A stretch of 58,123 nucleotides of DNA from Deltaproteobacteria bacterium (GCA_029561465.1 JAKQIZ010000075.1:1-58123); one strand, 5' to 3'; shown: positions 19,115-28,398, counted from the first letter of the stretch. Numbers and translations are program-made. Notes: a model not told the origin generated them from the sequence alone.

Positions 19115-19140
19115 CGGAGTTCATCCTTAACCCCTTTTTT
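19106..19140 (+). terminator. Rho-independent terminator after tRNA
   Basis: AAGGGGTTA/TAACCCCTT stem followed by a T run. Confidence 0.7.
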
Positions 19141-19153
19141 CTTGTCCGGCAAT

Positions 19154-19175
19154 TCTCTCCCCACTCTCTCCCCAC
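19154..19175 (+). repeat. Tandem 11-mer TCTCTCCCCAC x2, putative integrase arm site
   Basis: The same tandem pair is present at 28168-28189. Confidence 0.7.
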
Positions 19176-19862
19176 TTTGATAAAAATACAGCCATGTTTA
19201 TATCCTCCAGGGCGCTATTGCCGCGCTACAGAGAAAACGGGTGTATCCATGACCATTGCGTCCCCTTGGTCTTTTATCTCCCACATGCTTCCAGTGCCTG
19301 CTACAGTGGCATGATTCCAGCGTAAATACATCCTATGCATGCTTCTGGCTCTGCTGAAAGAGGGGATATATGGCTCTTTCTCAAACTGAGTGGGTAAGGT
19401 AGAATAAGGGAAAAAGATGAGGTCTCATAGATGGAGGTTTTAGAGTCACTGTTTAAGGTGGACCCATTTGTCAAGACAGTTTTTTTTGGTTCATCCGATT
19501 CTTGCATACTTCTTCCTGTACTCGTGATTTTTGGGAAATGGGTTTAGGTAGCAGCTTTCAACCTGTACAGTTCAGGCAAGACCGGGGAAAATGGATGTGC
19601 TGCTGCTCATCGGCAACATCTGCAAAGCGTTGCTTCTTGATATCTTAAGCGAAACATTGAATGCCGGTCGTACAATGCAATTGATGGAGCACGGGTTGTG
19701 CTGAAGAAGGCGTTTCCCAATCCTTCCTGAAATGGTGATAGTCAAGTTCTTCAGCTTTATTAAATAATTTAATCGTTAATTATCGACATATTGCTATTTG
19801 ATTTGGTTTTATATATATAAGAGCAACTACCATCAAAAAAGGGAAATAATACTGTGCATACC

Positions 19863-21803
19863 ATGCCTTTCAGAATCGTCCTTATCCTGACTATACTCAC
19901 ATTATTCAATCCAGCTTCATTACTGGCAGCCTTAGAACAGCGCACGGCCTTGGTAATAGGCAACGGCGCCTATAGTTCAGGCCCACTAAAGAATCCAGTG
20001 AATGATGCAACAGATATGGCCGTAGCTCTCCAGAAACTTGGCTTCAGGGTCATTCTGAAGAAGAATGCCAATCTTGAAACAATGGAAGTTGCTATTGAAG
20101 ATTTCGGAAATCGACTGAAAAAAGGCGGCGTGGGTCTGTTCTATTATGCCGGACACGGGGTTCAGGTGAACGGCATCAACTATCTCATTCCTATAGGGGC
20201 GAAGATTAAGAAGGAATCGGATACCCGCTATAAGGCAGTCGATGCGGGACGGATTCTTGACGAGATGGGAAATGCCAATAACGAACTGAATATTGTATTG
20301 TTGGATGCCTGTCGTGACAACCCCTTTAGTAAAAGTTTCCGTAGCGCCTCTCGCGGCTTGGCCATTGTCAATAATGCACCTACTGGAACTTTTATATCAT
20401 ACTCCACTGCCGCCGGCCAAGTCGCACACGATGGAGAGGGACGAAACAGTCCATACACAAAGGCTCTTCTTCAGTATATGGGAGAGCCGGGCGTAACTCT
20501 CGGGAAGGTATTTATGAAGGTTCGCCAGAAACTTCGAAAAGAAACCGGACAGATCCCCTGGGAATTGTCCTCTCTTGAAGGAGAATTTTATTTTGTGCCC
20601 CGATCGGGGAAGACGACAACAGCGAGAGATGAATCACCAGCAACTGGTGTAACATCTGCTAGCGCCTATTATGAAAAACGAAAATTGGCTTCTGGACAGC
20701 GGGAATCACATACGACAAATAAATCTCCCATGGCTACCTCTACCGGAAAAGAGAGTGTAAATGTCGCAACAGTTAGATTGCCAAAGAATATCCCGTATGA
20801 AATAGAAAGAGCAGAAAAATATTTGCAACGGGAGATGTGGGGAAACGCGTTAATCTGGCTCCAAAAGGCAGAAGCAGTAAATCCGGATTATCCGGATTTG
20901 CATCCAAAGCTATTGGAAACCAAGGATCAAATTGTCAGACGAATCAGAAAATCTATTGCCGTTTTTGATTTTAACAGTCCCCGTAACAATAAAGATGTGG
21001 GAAAAATAGCCGCCAACAAGTTATTGACATACCTCCATATACACGCAGGGGTCGATCTTCGGATTATTGAGCGTGAAAATCTGCAGGCTTTATTGAAAGA
21101 AATGCAATTTGAGGAGACAGGGTCCTTTGATTTAAAATCGGCCCTGAAAGTGGGAAGAGAGAAGGGAATTGACACATTAATAATCGGAGATGTTTTGATT
21201 TTTTCATCAGAATTCAAAGACAATCCCAGCTACGGTCAAGTTAAGGTACTCGTTGCAGAAGAAGATATACGTAACCCTGACTTTTCAGACTGGCTCTTGT
21301 TGCATCCAAGACCAACAGCGGAAGAGTTAAGAGCTGCACCGCCCAGAATAATTAAGAAAAAAAATTACCAATTTCTTGCTTACAAATATGGTACTGCAAA
21401 GATCAATGCGATGTTTGAATTTTCTTATCGGATGATCGATACTGAGACGGGAGAAACCATTCGTTCAAATACTCTAACAGGAAAATTGACCAAGGAAAAC
21501 AGTTATCAGGATGGCGTGGCCGTTGCTCAGATACCCTATAAAAAACTAGAACTTCCAACAGAGGCGGAAGTTCTGGATGAATTAGCAAATTCAAAAATTA
21601 GTGAACTTGGACAACAAATCCTAAGGCAATATCAGAGTCTTGAAGTTCACTACTTCAATTATGGCCAAGAGTATGAGAAAAGACGACAGTACGAAAAGGC
21701 GATTGAGAGCTATACGGATGCCATATTTGATGAAAAATTGAAAGGAATCTCCACAAGAATTTCTAAAGAATCTTCTGAGAAAATTAGAAAACTGCAAATA
21801 TAG
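19863..21803 (+). CDS. Secreted peptidase C14 (caspase-like) domain protein with TPR and CsgG/HfaB-like region
   Basis: Signal peptide; RTALVIGNGAY, YYAGHG and LDACRDNP catalytic dyad; IAVFDF...IIERENLQALLKEM...KVGREKGIDTLIIGDV CsgG-like segment. Confidence 0.85.
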   Translation: MPFRIVLILTILTLFNPASLLAALEQRTALVIGNGAYSSGPLKNPVNDATDMAVALQKLGFRVILKKNANLETMEVAIEDFGNRLKKGGVGLFYYAGHGVQVNGINYLIPIGAKIKKESDTRYKAVDAGRILDEMGNANNELNIVLLDACRDNPFSKSFRSASRGLAIVNNAPTGTFISYSTAAGQVAHDGEGRNSPYTKALLQYMGEPGVTLGKVFMKVRQKLRKETGQIPWELSSLEGEFYFVPRSGKTTTARDESPATGVTSASAYYEKRKLASGQRESHTTNKSPMATSTGKESVNVATVRLPKNIPYEIERAEKYLQREMWGNALIWLQKAEAVNPDYPDLHPKLLETKDQIVRRIRKSIAVFDFNSPRNNKDVGKIAANKLLTYLHIHAGVDLRIIERENLQALLKEMQFEETGSFDLKSALKVGREKGIDTLIIGDVLIFSSEFKDNPSYGQVKVLVAEEDIRNPDFSDWLLLHPRPTAEELRAAPPRIIKKKNYQFLAYKYGTAKINAMFEFSYRMIDTETGETIRSNTLTGKLTKENSYQDGVAVAQIPYKKLELPTEAEVLDELANSKISELGQQILRQYQSLEVHYFNYGQEYEKRRQYEKAIESYTDAIFDEKLKGISTRISKESSEKIRKLQI

Positions 21804-21914
21804 AAACTTGAGAGTCAGGATTAACTAAGCAGACTAGGTTATTATGGCCACATTAATGTACCCTGAGATCTATTGTCCATATAATTTTGAGCGGATTCGC
21901 AAACCATCCTTAGG

Positions 21915-22076
21915 GATGAAATGGCCGCCACCAATGGCCTCAGTATTGTCACTCTATATGCCTGCCGGGACAATCCATTTAGTAGAAGTTTTAGAAACGC
22001 TACTAGAGGCTCTGCAATCGTGAGTAGTGACCCGTCTGGAACCTTTATTTCTTATTCTACAAGTCCGGGGAATTAG
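21915..22076 (+). pseudogene. Remnant of a second caspase-like domain
   Basis: Translates to DEMAATNGLSIVTLYACRDNPFSRSFRNATRGSAIVSSDPSGTFISYSTSPGN*, paralogous to the DEMG...STAAG segment of the upstream gene. Confidence 0.85.
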
Positions 22077-22560
22077 GCACGCCTTACACGGGTCTATTAA
22101 CGAAAATTATTGTCGATGCTCCGTATTGATCATAACCACCATATTCTTAACAATACCTTATGTGGTTAATTACAAAGAATATTTTTCCTGGTTCCTGCCT
22201 GAGCATTAGAGGTTAAAGCTTCAACCTAAACCTATTTCCCCGAAATCAACAAAACAAGAAGGACACAGCACAACATAATCCAAAAAAATCGCCGCTCATG
22301 ACACAGCTCCTTTCTTACCGCATTCATTGCCCTGACGGGGTCATGCACCGCCTCGCTTTGTATTTGCAAGTTGAGGAAATGCCTTTGTGTGGCAGCTTTC
22401 TCTTCGGGCTGCGCAAGAGGTATTGTTCCCGCCTCGATAGCTCATGTTCGTTGAGGATTAGGAAAATTAGTTCCCTGTATCTGTTTTTGCGAGTATAAGG
22501 CCTGATAGAGCAAGCTGTGACGGCTGTATTTTCGATTACAGAAAATTTGGATTTGTATTC

Positions 22561-24378
22561 ATGACCGTTAACCCCCTGATAAGTCTTAAAAATATCTTCG
22601 GCTACGATACCTATCGGCCCCAGCAGCAGGAGATTATCGAGGGGCTCATCCAAGGCGAGGACGCCTTTGTCCTCATGCCCACGGGAGGCGGAAAATCTCT
22701 CTGTTACCAGATCCCCGCCCTCCATCGCCCGGGCGTCGGGATTGTCGTTTCCCCCCTCATCTCTCTGATGAAGGACCAGGTCGATGCGCTCCAAGCCTGC
22801 GGGGTAAAGGCGGCCTTTTACAATTCCTCCCTCAAGAGCGGCGAGGCACGCAGGGTCCTGGCGCTGCTCCATGCCGGGGAACTGGATCTCCTCTACATCG
22901 CCCCGGAAAGGTTGATTGGCGACGACTTCATCCAGCGCCTCAAGGACATCCCCATCGCCCTTTTCGCCATTGACGAGGCACACTGCATTTCCCAATGGGG
23001 CCATGATTTCCGGCCCGAATACAGCCAGCTCGGCCGTCTGCGCAAGGTATTCCCCAAGATACCCATGATTGCCCTCACGGCCACAGCCGAATCCCACACC
23101 CGTCAGGACATCCTGGACCGGCTCCACCTCCGGCAGGCGAGGTGTTATGTCGCGAGCTTCGATCGCCCCAACATCCGCTACACCGTTCTGGACAAGCTCA
23201 AGCCCTTTTCGCAGCTCACGGACTTTCTCAGAAAACGCCACGGTGAGGCCGGCATCGTCTACTGTCTGAGCCGCAAACGGGTGGACGACCTGGCGGCAAA
23301 GCTGACGTCCGCCGGATTCATTGCCGCACCCTATCATGCAGGCCTGACGACGATACAAAGACAGAAGGTGCAGGACGATTTCCTGCGGGATGATGTGAGG
23401 ATCATGGTCGCCACAGTGGCCTTCGGCATGGGGATCGATAAATCCAACATCCGGTTCGTCGTCCATTACGATATCCCGAAAAACATCGAAAGCTACTACC
23501 AGGAAACGGGTCGTGCCGGCCGCGACGGCTTGGCGGCGGAGGCCCTGCTCCTCTTCGGCTATGGCGACATTGCCATCGCCCGCAGCCTGATCGAAAATAC
23601 GCACAATCCCGAGCAGAAGCGTATCGAGATTCATAAACTGAACGCCATGGTGGCTTTCGCCGAGGCCGCAAGCTGCCGCCGCCGGATCCTCCTCGGCTAT
23701 TTCGACGAACGAATGGAGGAGAACTGTGGCAACTGTGACATCTGCCTCAACCCGCCGGAAATGGTCGATGTGACGGAAGATGCGCGAAAGGCCCTGTCCT
23801 GCGTCTACCGTGTGGGTCAGCGTTTCGGCATGGGCCATGTAATCGATGTGCTGCGCGGCTCCAAGAAGGAGAGGATCATGCATCTCGGCCACAACCGCCT
23901 TTCCACATACGAGATCGGCGCCGACAGGAGCCAGGAGTACTGGGGCGGCCTTCTGCACCATCTGGTCTACGGGGGCTTTCTCCAGCAGGATGTGGGCAAC
24001 TATTCGGTCCTCACCCTGACCGATGCGGCCTGGCCGGTCCTGCGGGGCGAACAGCCCCTGACCATGGCGGCGCCGCGTGTAAAGCCGGCCGGCACGGTGA
24101 AAAACACTCGCCGCAAGAGGGGCGATCGGGATTACGATGAAGAGCTCTTCTGGAGGCTCCGGATCCTGCGGAAAAAGCTTGCCGATGACACCGAGGTGCC
24201 GCCCTTCGTCATCTTCAGCGATGTATCCCTGGTGGGGATGGCTGCGGAACTTCCCACGGACGACGAGGCCTTTCTGAACATTCATGGCGTCGGGACTCAT
24301 AAGTTAGAGCGCTACGGGGAGCAATTTCTTGCCGTGATACGGGAGTATCTGCACGAGACGGAAGGACGGGAAGCATAG
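22561..24378 (+). CDS. recQ: ATP-dependent DNA helicase RecQ
   Basis: MPTGGGKSLCYQ, DEAHCISQWGHDFRP, QETGRAGRDG, RQC Zn site CRR...CGNCDIC, HRDC tail. Confidence 0.96.
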   Translation: MTVNPLISLKNIFGYDTYRPQQQEIIEGLIQGEDAFVLMPTGGGKSLCYQIPALHRPGVGIVVSPLISLMKDQVDALQACGVKAAFYNSSLKSGEARRVLALLHAGELDLLYIAPERLIGDDFIQRLKDIPIALFAIDEAHCISQWGHDFRPEYSQLGRLRKVFPKIPMIALTATAESHTRQDILDRLHLRQARCYVASFDRPNIRYTVLDKLKPFSQLTDFLRKRHGEAGIVYCLSRKRVDDLAAKLTSAGFIAAPYHAGLTTIQRQKVQDDFLRDDVRIMVATVAFGMGIDKSNIRFVVHYDIPKNIESYYQETGRAGRDGLAAEALLLFGYGDIAIARSLIENTHNPEQKRIEIHKLNAMVAFAEAASCRRRILLGYFDERMEENCGNCDICLNPPEMVDVTEDARKALSCVYRVGQRFGMGHVIDVLRGSKKERIMHLGHNRLSTYEIGADRSQEYWGGLLHHLVYGGFLQQDVGNYSVLTLTDAAWPVLRGEQPLTMAAPRVKPAGTVKNTRRKRGDRDYDEELFWRLRILRKKLADDTEVPPFVIFSDVSLVGMAAELPTDDEAFLNIHGVGTHKLERYGEQFLAVIREYLHETEGREA

Positions 24379-24433
24379 AAAAATGGTAAAAAAACTGGGG
24401 AGCGCCATACAGGACAATGACCACCGCAATCCC

Positions 24434-25033
24434 ATGCACAAAGAGACAATCAGCTATGAGGCACACGGCAACCTATACCTCAATATCACAAACCGGTGCA
24501 GCGCCGATTGCATCTTTTGCATCCGGAGAACCTGCGACGGGGTTTACGGTTACGACCTCCGCCTTTCCAGGGATCCTTCGGAAGAAGAGATCATGCGAGA
24601 GCTGGAAAACCTCAATCTCACCACATACAAAGAAGTCGTTTTTACCGGTTTTGGTGAACCTACCTGCAGGTTCGATACGGTCATCCGCTTAACACAGTGG
24701 CTGCATCAAGGAGGAATCCCCGTCAGGCTCGATACTAACGGCCATGCAGCGCTTATCTGCCACGGTCGGAACGTGGTCGCTGAACTGAAGGCTGCAGGCC
24801 TTACTGCCCTGTCCGTGAGCCTCAATGCCGAATCGGAAGAAAAGTACAACCGGATGTGCAGACCCGTTTTTGAAGGTTCCTACCAGGCGATGCTTGATTT
24901 TACAAAAAAGGCGATCATGGCCGGCATTCGCACCCGCATGACCGTTGTCGGCCAACAGAGTATCGACATCAAGGAATGTGAAAGAATAGCAACTGTGCTT
25001 GGGGCTTCCTTCAGAGTAAGGTCATCCCTTTAA
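24434..25033 (+). CDS. TatD-associated-type radical SAM protein
   Basis: LYLNITNRCSADCIFCIR (CxxxCxxC), EVVFTGFGEP, RLDTNG, SVSLNA. Confidence 0.85.
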   Translation: MHKETISYEAHGNLYLNITNRCSADCIFCIRRTCDGVYGYDLRLSRDPSEEEIMRELENLNLTTYKEVVFTGFGEPTCRFDTVIRLTQWLHQGGIPVRLDTNGHAALICHGRNVVAELKAAGLTALSVSLNAESEEKYNRMCRPVFEGSYQAMLDFTKKAIMAGIRTRMTVVGQQSIDIKECERIATVLGASFRVRSSL

Positions 25034-25224
25034 ACATTGTGCAGCATCTACCCGACAAGTGACTTCATGTAGTTGATCTCGTATCTCTTCGCTCTTCAAC
25101 GCCTAACCTCCTTGTGCCGGATGCTACCCGGGCTGAAAATAGGCTGGCAAGCTTTTGCGCTTTACATTCAGTATTCAATGACCTGGCCCGACCATACCGC
25201 CTCTCAATTTGTATTTGAAATGAT

Positions 25225-25488
25225 TTAGACTGGTTCCTGATCAGCAAGAGTGACAGTTTGTGATAAGAAAGAATTGATGTTCTCTATACGGGCCTCTATT
25301 TGCACATTCTGCCGGGAATCTAGCACAGACAGCACATAGACTGTCTTTTCGGAAACTCGGTACATGATCCTCCATGGCGCAATGATCAATTCACGGTAAA
25401 ACGTGATCCCTTGGTCCAGAAGCTCGGGAACAATACGTCCTCTTTCTGGGAAAGTCCGAAGACCGGATGCTCGCTTTTTAATTTCTTT
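25225..25488 (-). pseudogene. RelE/ParE toxin remnant lacking its N-terminus
   Basis: Unlisted frame reads KEIKKRASGLRTFPERGRIVPELLDQGITFYRELIIAPWRIMYRVSEKTVYVLSVLDSRQN...; no start codon. Confidence 0.8.
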
Positions 25489-26105
25489 TTGTGGGGATTG
25501 CCTGAGGAAGCATTTGCTATTTTCAAGTCTTTGATAAGTCTATTGAAATTGCTTTGGCTGTATGGCTTGAGGTTATGTTCTCTCATGGATTGATCGACCA
25601 TCCTTTGAATCCTTCGTCAGTCTGCACTAGGATATTCTTTTTGCAGCCGTTTAGCTTCAGTAATGGCAACTGCTTGCCTTTTGTTTTTTTGTCCTGTTTG
25701 ATCTACGGTCTGATCATCTTGACTTACGGAAGGAAACAACATTTCCGGTAATGGGATTTCAAGGTAGTCGGTGAAGTATTCACGAAGCTTTTCGAGGTTA
25801 AAATAACCATCATCTTCCATCGGTAATAGCTTGATTCGTTTAAGCCCATGAGGTAATTCAGCAACGGTTCCATGGGTAAGGCGCCATAATATCTTGTACC
25901 ATACACCCCTGCGATTTTCGGTGGACGAGACATCTGGTGAATCTGTATCCCGGATGTTGAGTTGATATTTATTCCAAAGGAGGGGCAGATGTTCTACATA
26001 GTCCTTGTATATGGCAAGGATCATACATAGTTCAGGCAGTGAAATGAAGCCGTTCTTTATCGCGTCATCTGCTATTTCTGATAGCCGCTGTTTCTCCTTT
26101 TCCAT
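25489..26105 (-). pseudogene. Island hypothetical protein interrupted by an in-frame TGA
   Basis: ORF 26105-25617 continues in the same frame after the TGA (RRIQR-MVDQSMREHNLKPYSQSNFNRLIKDLK...GNPHKK). Confidence 0.55.
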
Positions 26106-26204
26106 ATGTGCATCCTCCTGCCGATGCTCCTGATGATGGTTAGAAAGGGGCAGGGCGGTCAGGATGCCGCCTTTTCGGTGATCAGCCTATCCCCTGTATC
26201 TCAT

Positions 26205-26558
26205 TCACAGAAATACCTTGTATCCGATATTCAACGCCTTCCCCAGGCGCTTGGCCATTTCCTTGCCAATGGGGCGCTTGCCGTTCTCCATTTCGCTGAT
26301 ATGGCGCTGAGGGATGCCGATCATGTCCGCCAATTGTTTTTGTGTCATTCCCTCGCGGTAGCGTCCCCCGCGCAAGCATACGCCCGGCAAGTCCTCATCC
26401 TTGTATTCAGGAAACAATTCTCTCCACGGGATAGAATCGGAGGTATCAACAAATCCCAAAGGTTTCAGGGCATCAATGGCGCTGGCCATGTTGGCAATAG
26501 GCCCGATGAACCTCAGCTCAATGGTTTCAGTATGGGGCTTTTTCGTGTGTACCTGCAT
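26205..26558 (-). CDS. XRE-family HTH antitoxin (HigA-like)
   Basis: LRGGRYREGMTQKQLADMIGIPQRHISEMENGKRPIGKEMAKRLG; overlaps the upstream toxin. Confidence 0.88.
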   Translation of the reverse strand: MQVHTKKPHTETIELRFIGPIANMASAIDALKPLGFVDTSDSIPWRELFPEYKDEDLPGVCLRGGRYREGMTQKQLADMIGIPQRHISEMENGKRPIGKEMAKRLGKALNIGYKVFL

Positions 26559-26805
26559 AAATCACCTCGATCAATTTTATTTCCTTGTCTGTAACTTCCC
26601 ATATCGCCACATACGTTGGGTGTCCTTTCTTTAGGTGGCAATGGTAACGATTGCTGGAAAGGGCGCTGAAGTTCGGCCAGTCTCCCCGGATAGGCCCGTT
26701 AATCTCCATATCTCGAATAAGTTCGGTCAAAACCTCTCTTATCACCTTTGGCAAACATTCTACCTGTTTTGCAGCTCTCCGTACAACTTCAACAGTCCAT
26801 TCCAT
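26527..26805 (-). CDS. RelE/HigB-like toxin
   Basis: 92 aa, WTVEV...KQVECLP...WPNFSAL...YHCHLKKGHPTYVAIW...YAGTHEKAPY; upstream of the HTH gene. Confidence 0.82.
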   Translation of the reverse strand: MEWTVEVVRRAAKQVECLPKVIREVLTELIRDMEINGPIRGDWPNFSALSSNRYHCHLKKGHPTYVAIWEVTDKEIKLIEVIYAGTHEKAPY

Positions 26806-26845
26806 GATTCACCATATACCAGTAATGAGTATTTATTTCAAAGGT

Positions 26846-28132
26846 TCATTTCTGGAAGTTCACAACCTTGGTTTCCTTTGCTTGTCCATCGGCCTTTGTC
26901 TGTCGGCCTTTCTCCATCACGTCGGCCATTTTAGAAAAAGCCTCTCTCAATTTTGTTTCCGATAGCTTGGCATAGCGGGCGGCCATTACCATTGTCCGGT
27001 GTCCTAAGGCTTTCTGTGTCAGATACAGGTCGCCGGAGTTCTCATAGACGTGGGTTCCAAAGGTATGGCGCAAGCTGTGAAACGAAATCCTTAACCGACG
27101 ATCTTTAATGTCCTTGTTGAACAATTTATCTGCGACTCTCTGAAAACTTTTGCTGACTGAGGATTGCTCCGTTTGATCTCCCTCTTCCGTGATTACGGGG
27201 AATATTAGCCCTGTTTTCTGATCGTCTTGTCGGGATTTCAGAACGGCCATGACTTCATTGTTTAAAAAGACGGTGCGGCTCCCGGTCTTGGCGTCCCGGA
27301 TTGACATGGTCCCGGTGTCATAATTTACATCCTCCCATCGAAGCCCGGCGACTTCTGAAAATCGCAAGCCGCAATTAACGGCCAAAACAGCTTGATCATG
27401 AACAACGATGCTTTTCTCCCTCAAGGCGGTAAGCAACTTGTCAATCTCGTCGGGCATAAGATAACGGAGGCGGGCATTATCCACTTTCGGCTTCTTGACT
27501 CCGGTAGTGGGATGGTCGCCGACATAAACTCCCTTGCGCTTTGCGTGATTGAAAATCTGTCGGACTACTGCAAGAGCATATTCAATCGTTCTTGCTGATT
27601 TTCCGGCGTCAACCAGCCCCTTCTTGATCCTCTCCGTATCGAAAGATGAAACATCGGTCATGGGCATATCGCCAATAAACGGCCTTATCCAATTGTCAAA
27701 CAAGATCGTTTCTGTTCGTTGCGTATTCATCGCTTTGTTATCTTTTACCCAGGGGTAATATATCTTATCGAAATAATTAGAGACGGCGATCGAATCACGG
27801 GCAAGCTGCTGCAACTCCGCTTGCGCTTTCTCTTTCTTCTCTTCCTCGATCTTCCGGCGCTCTGCCAGGCGTGACGGCCCCTCCTTCAAACCCCGTGAGG
27901 CTTCCCTAAGCTCTGCCAGGACAAGGGCGACTTTTTCCGGCGTCCAGTTCTTGCCGTCCTTCGGGTCAAGTTCACTCGCCCATCCAATCCCCTCCTCTAC
28001 ACGCTTGCCGTTCTTCTGGTAGCGAATGGCAAAATAACGATCTCTGACAGCCTTGCTTGTGCCAACCTTCCTTGTCGGGTGATAATAGAACCTGACTCCC
28101 TTGAAATTCGTCTTGTGCCATTTCTTTTCCAT
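26846..28132 (-). CDS. Tyrosine integrase
   Basis: Catalytic set intact: CGLRFSE (R), DAKTG (K), HSLRH, LGH, AARY; GGAGGGG RBS. Confidence 0.95.
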   Translation of the reverse strand: MEKKWHKTNFKGVRFYYHPTRKVGTSKAVRDRYFAIRYQKNGKRVEEGIGWASELDPKDGKNWTPEKVALVLAELREASRGLKEGPSRLAERRKIEEEKKEKAQAELQQLARDSIAVSNYFDKIYYPWVKDNKAMNTQRTETILFDNWIRPFIGDMPMTDVSSFDTERIKKGLVDAGKSARTIEYALAVVRQIFNHAKRKGVYVGDHPTTGVKKPKVDNARLRYLMPDEIDKLLTALREKSIVVHDQAVLAVNCGLRFSEVAGLRWEDVNYDTGTMSIRDAKTGSRTVFLNNEVMAVLKSRQDDQKTGLIFPVITEEGDQTEQSSVSKSFQRVADKLFNKDIKDRRLRISFHSLRHTFGTHVYENSGDLYLTQKALGHRTMVMAARYAKLSETKLREAFSKMADVMEKGRQTKADGQAKETKVVNFQK

Positions 28133-28167
28133 CGTGTATACCCCTCCAATAATCAACGGGTCTGAAA

Positions 28168-28189
28168 TCTCTCCCCATTCTCTCCCCAC
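28168..28189 (+). repeat. Tandem 11-mer TCTCTCCCCA(T/C) x2, putative integrase arm site
   Basis: Matches 19154-19175 in the same orientation. Confidence 0.7.
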
Positions 28190-28307
28190 TTTTGGGGTGA
28201 AACGGGGTGTTTTTTAATGAAACGTTCTGAAGGTATTATAGAGATAAGTAGCTTAAATGTCAAGGGTAAAATGAAGATAAATGAAATCTCAGGAAAGCTA
28301 AGTCTAT

Positions 28308-28372
28308 TGATTCGTAATCAGCAGGTCGCCAGTTCGATTCTGGCCATCGGCTCCAGTGAAATCAAGGGGTTA
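28308..28372 (+). repeat. attR (displaced tRNA-Thr 3' half)
   Basis: Anticodon arm through CCA plus GTGAAATCAAGGGGTTA; no 5' tRNA half upstream. Confidence 0.9.
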
Positions 28373-28398
28373 ACCAAAGATCATGGTTGACCCCTTTT
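28364..28398 (+). terminator. Terminator-like hairpin after attR
   Basis: AAGGGGTTAACCA/TGGTTGACCCCTT stem followed by T residues. Confidence 0.6.

Larger units (their letters stand above)
19050..28372. mobile_element. Integrative genomic island in tRNA-Thr(CGT), ~9.3 kb, partly decayed
   Basis: 65-nt direct repeat of the tRNA 3' half at both ends, tyrosine integrase next to the right end, arm-like repeats, AT-rich cargo and a TA module. Confidence 0.9.

Noticed and set aside
21915-22076. Caspase remnant as a diversity-generating retroelement template repeat
   Set aside because: Differences are not adenine-specific and include many synonymous changes; no reverse transcriptase in the window.
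25617-25619. In-frame TGA as a second selenocysteine codon
   Set aside because: No redox or Cys-type context and no clear hairpin like the selD one; a nonsense mutation in a decaying island is simpler.
28308-28355. Second tRNA gene
   Set aside because: Only the 3' half is present; the acceptor 5' strand and D arm are absent, so it is an att site.
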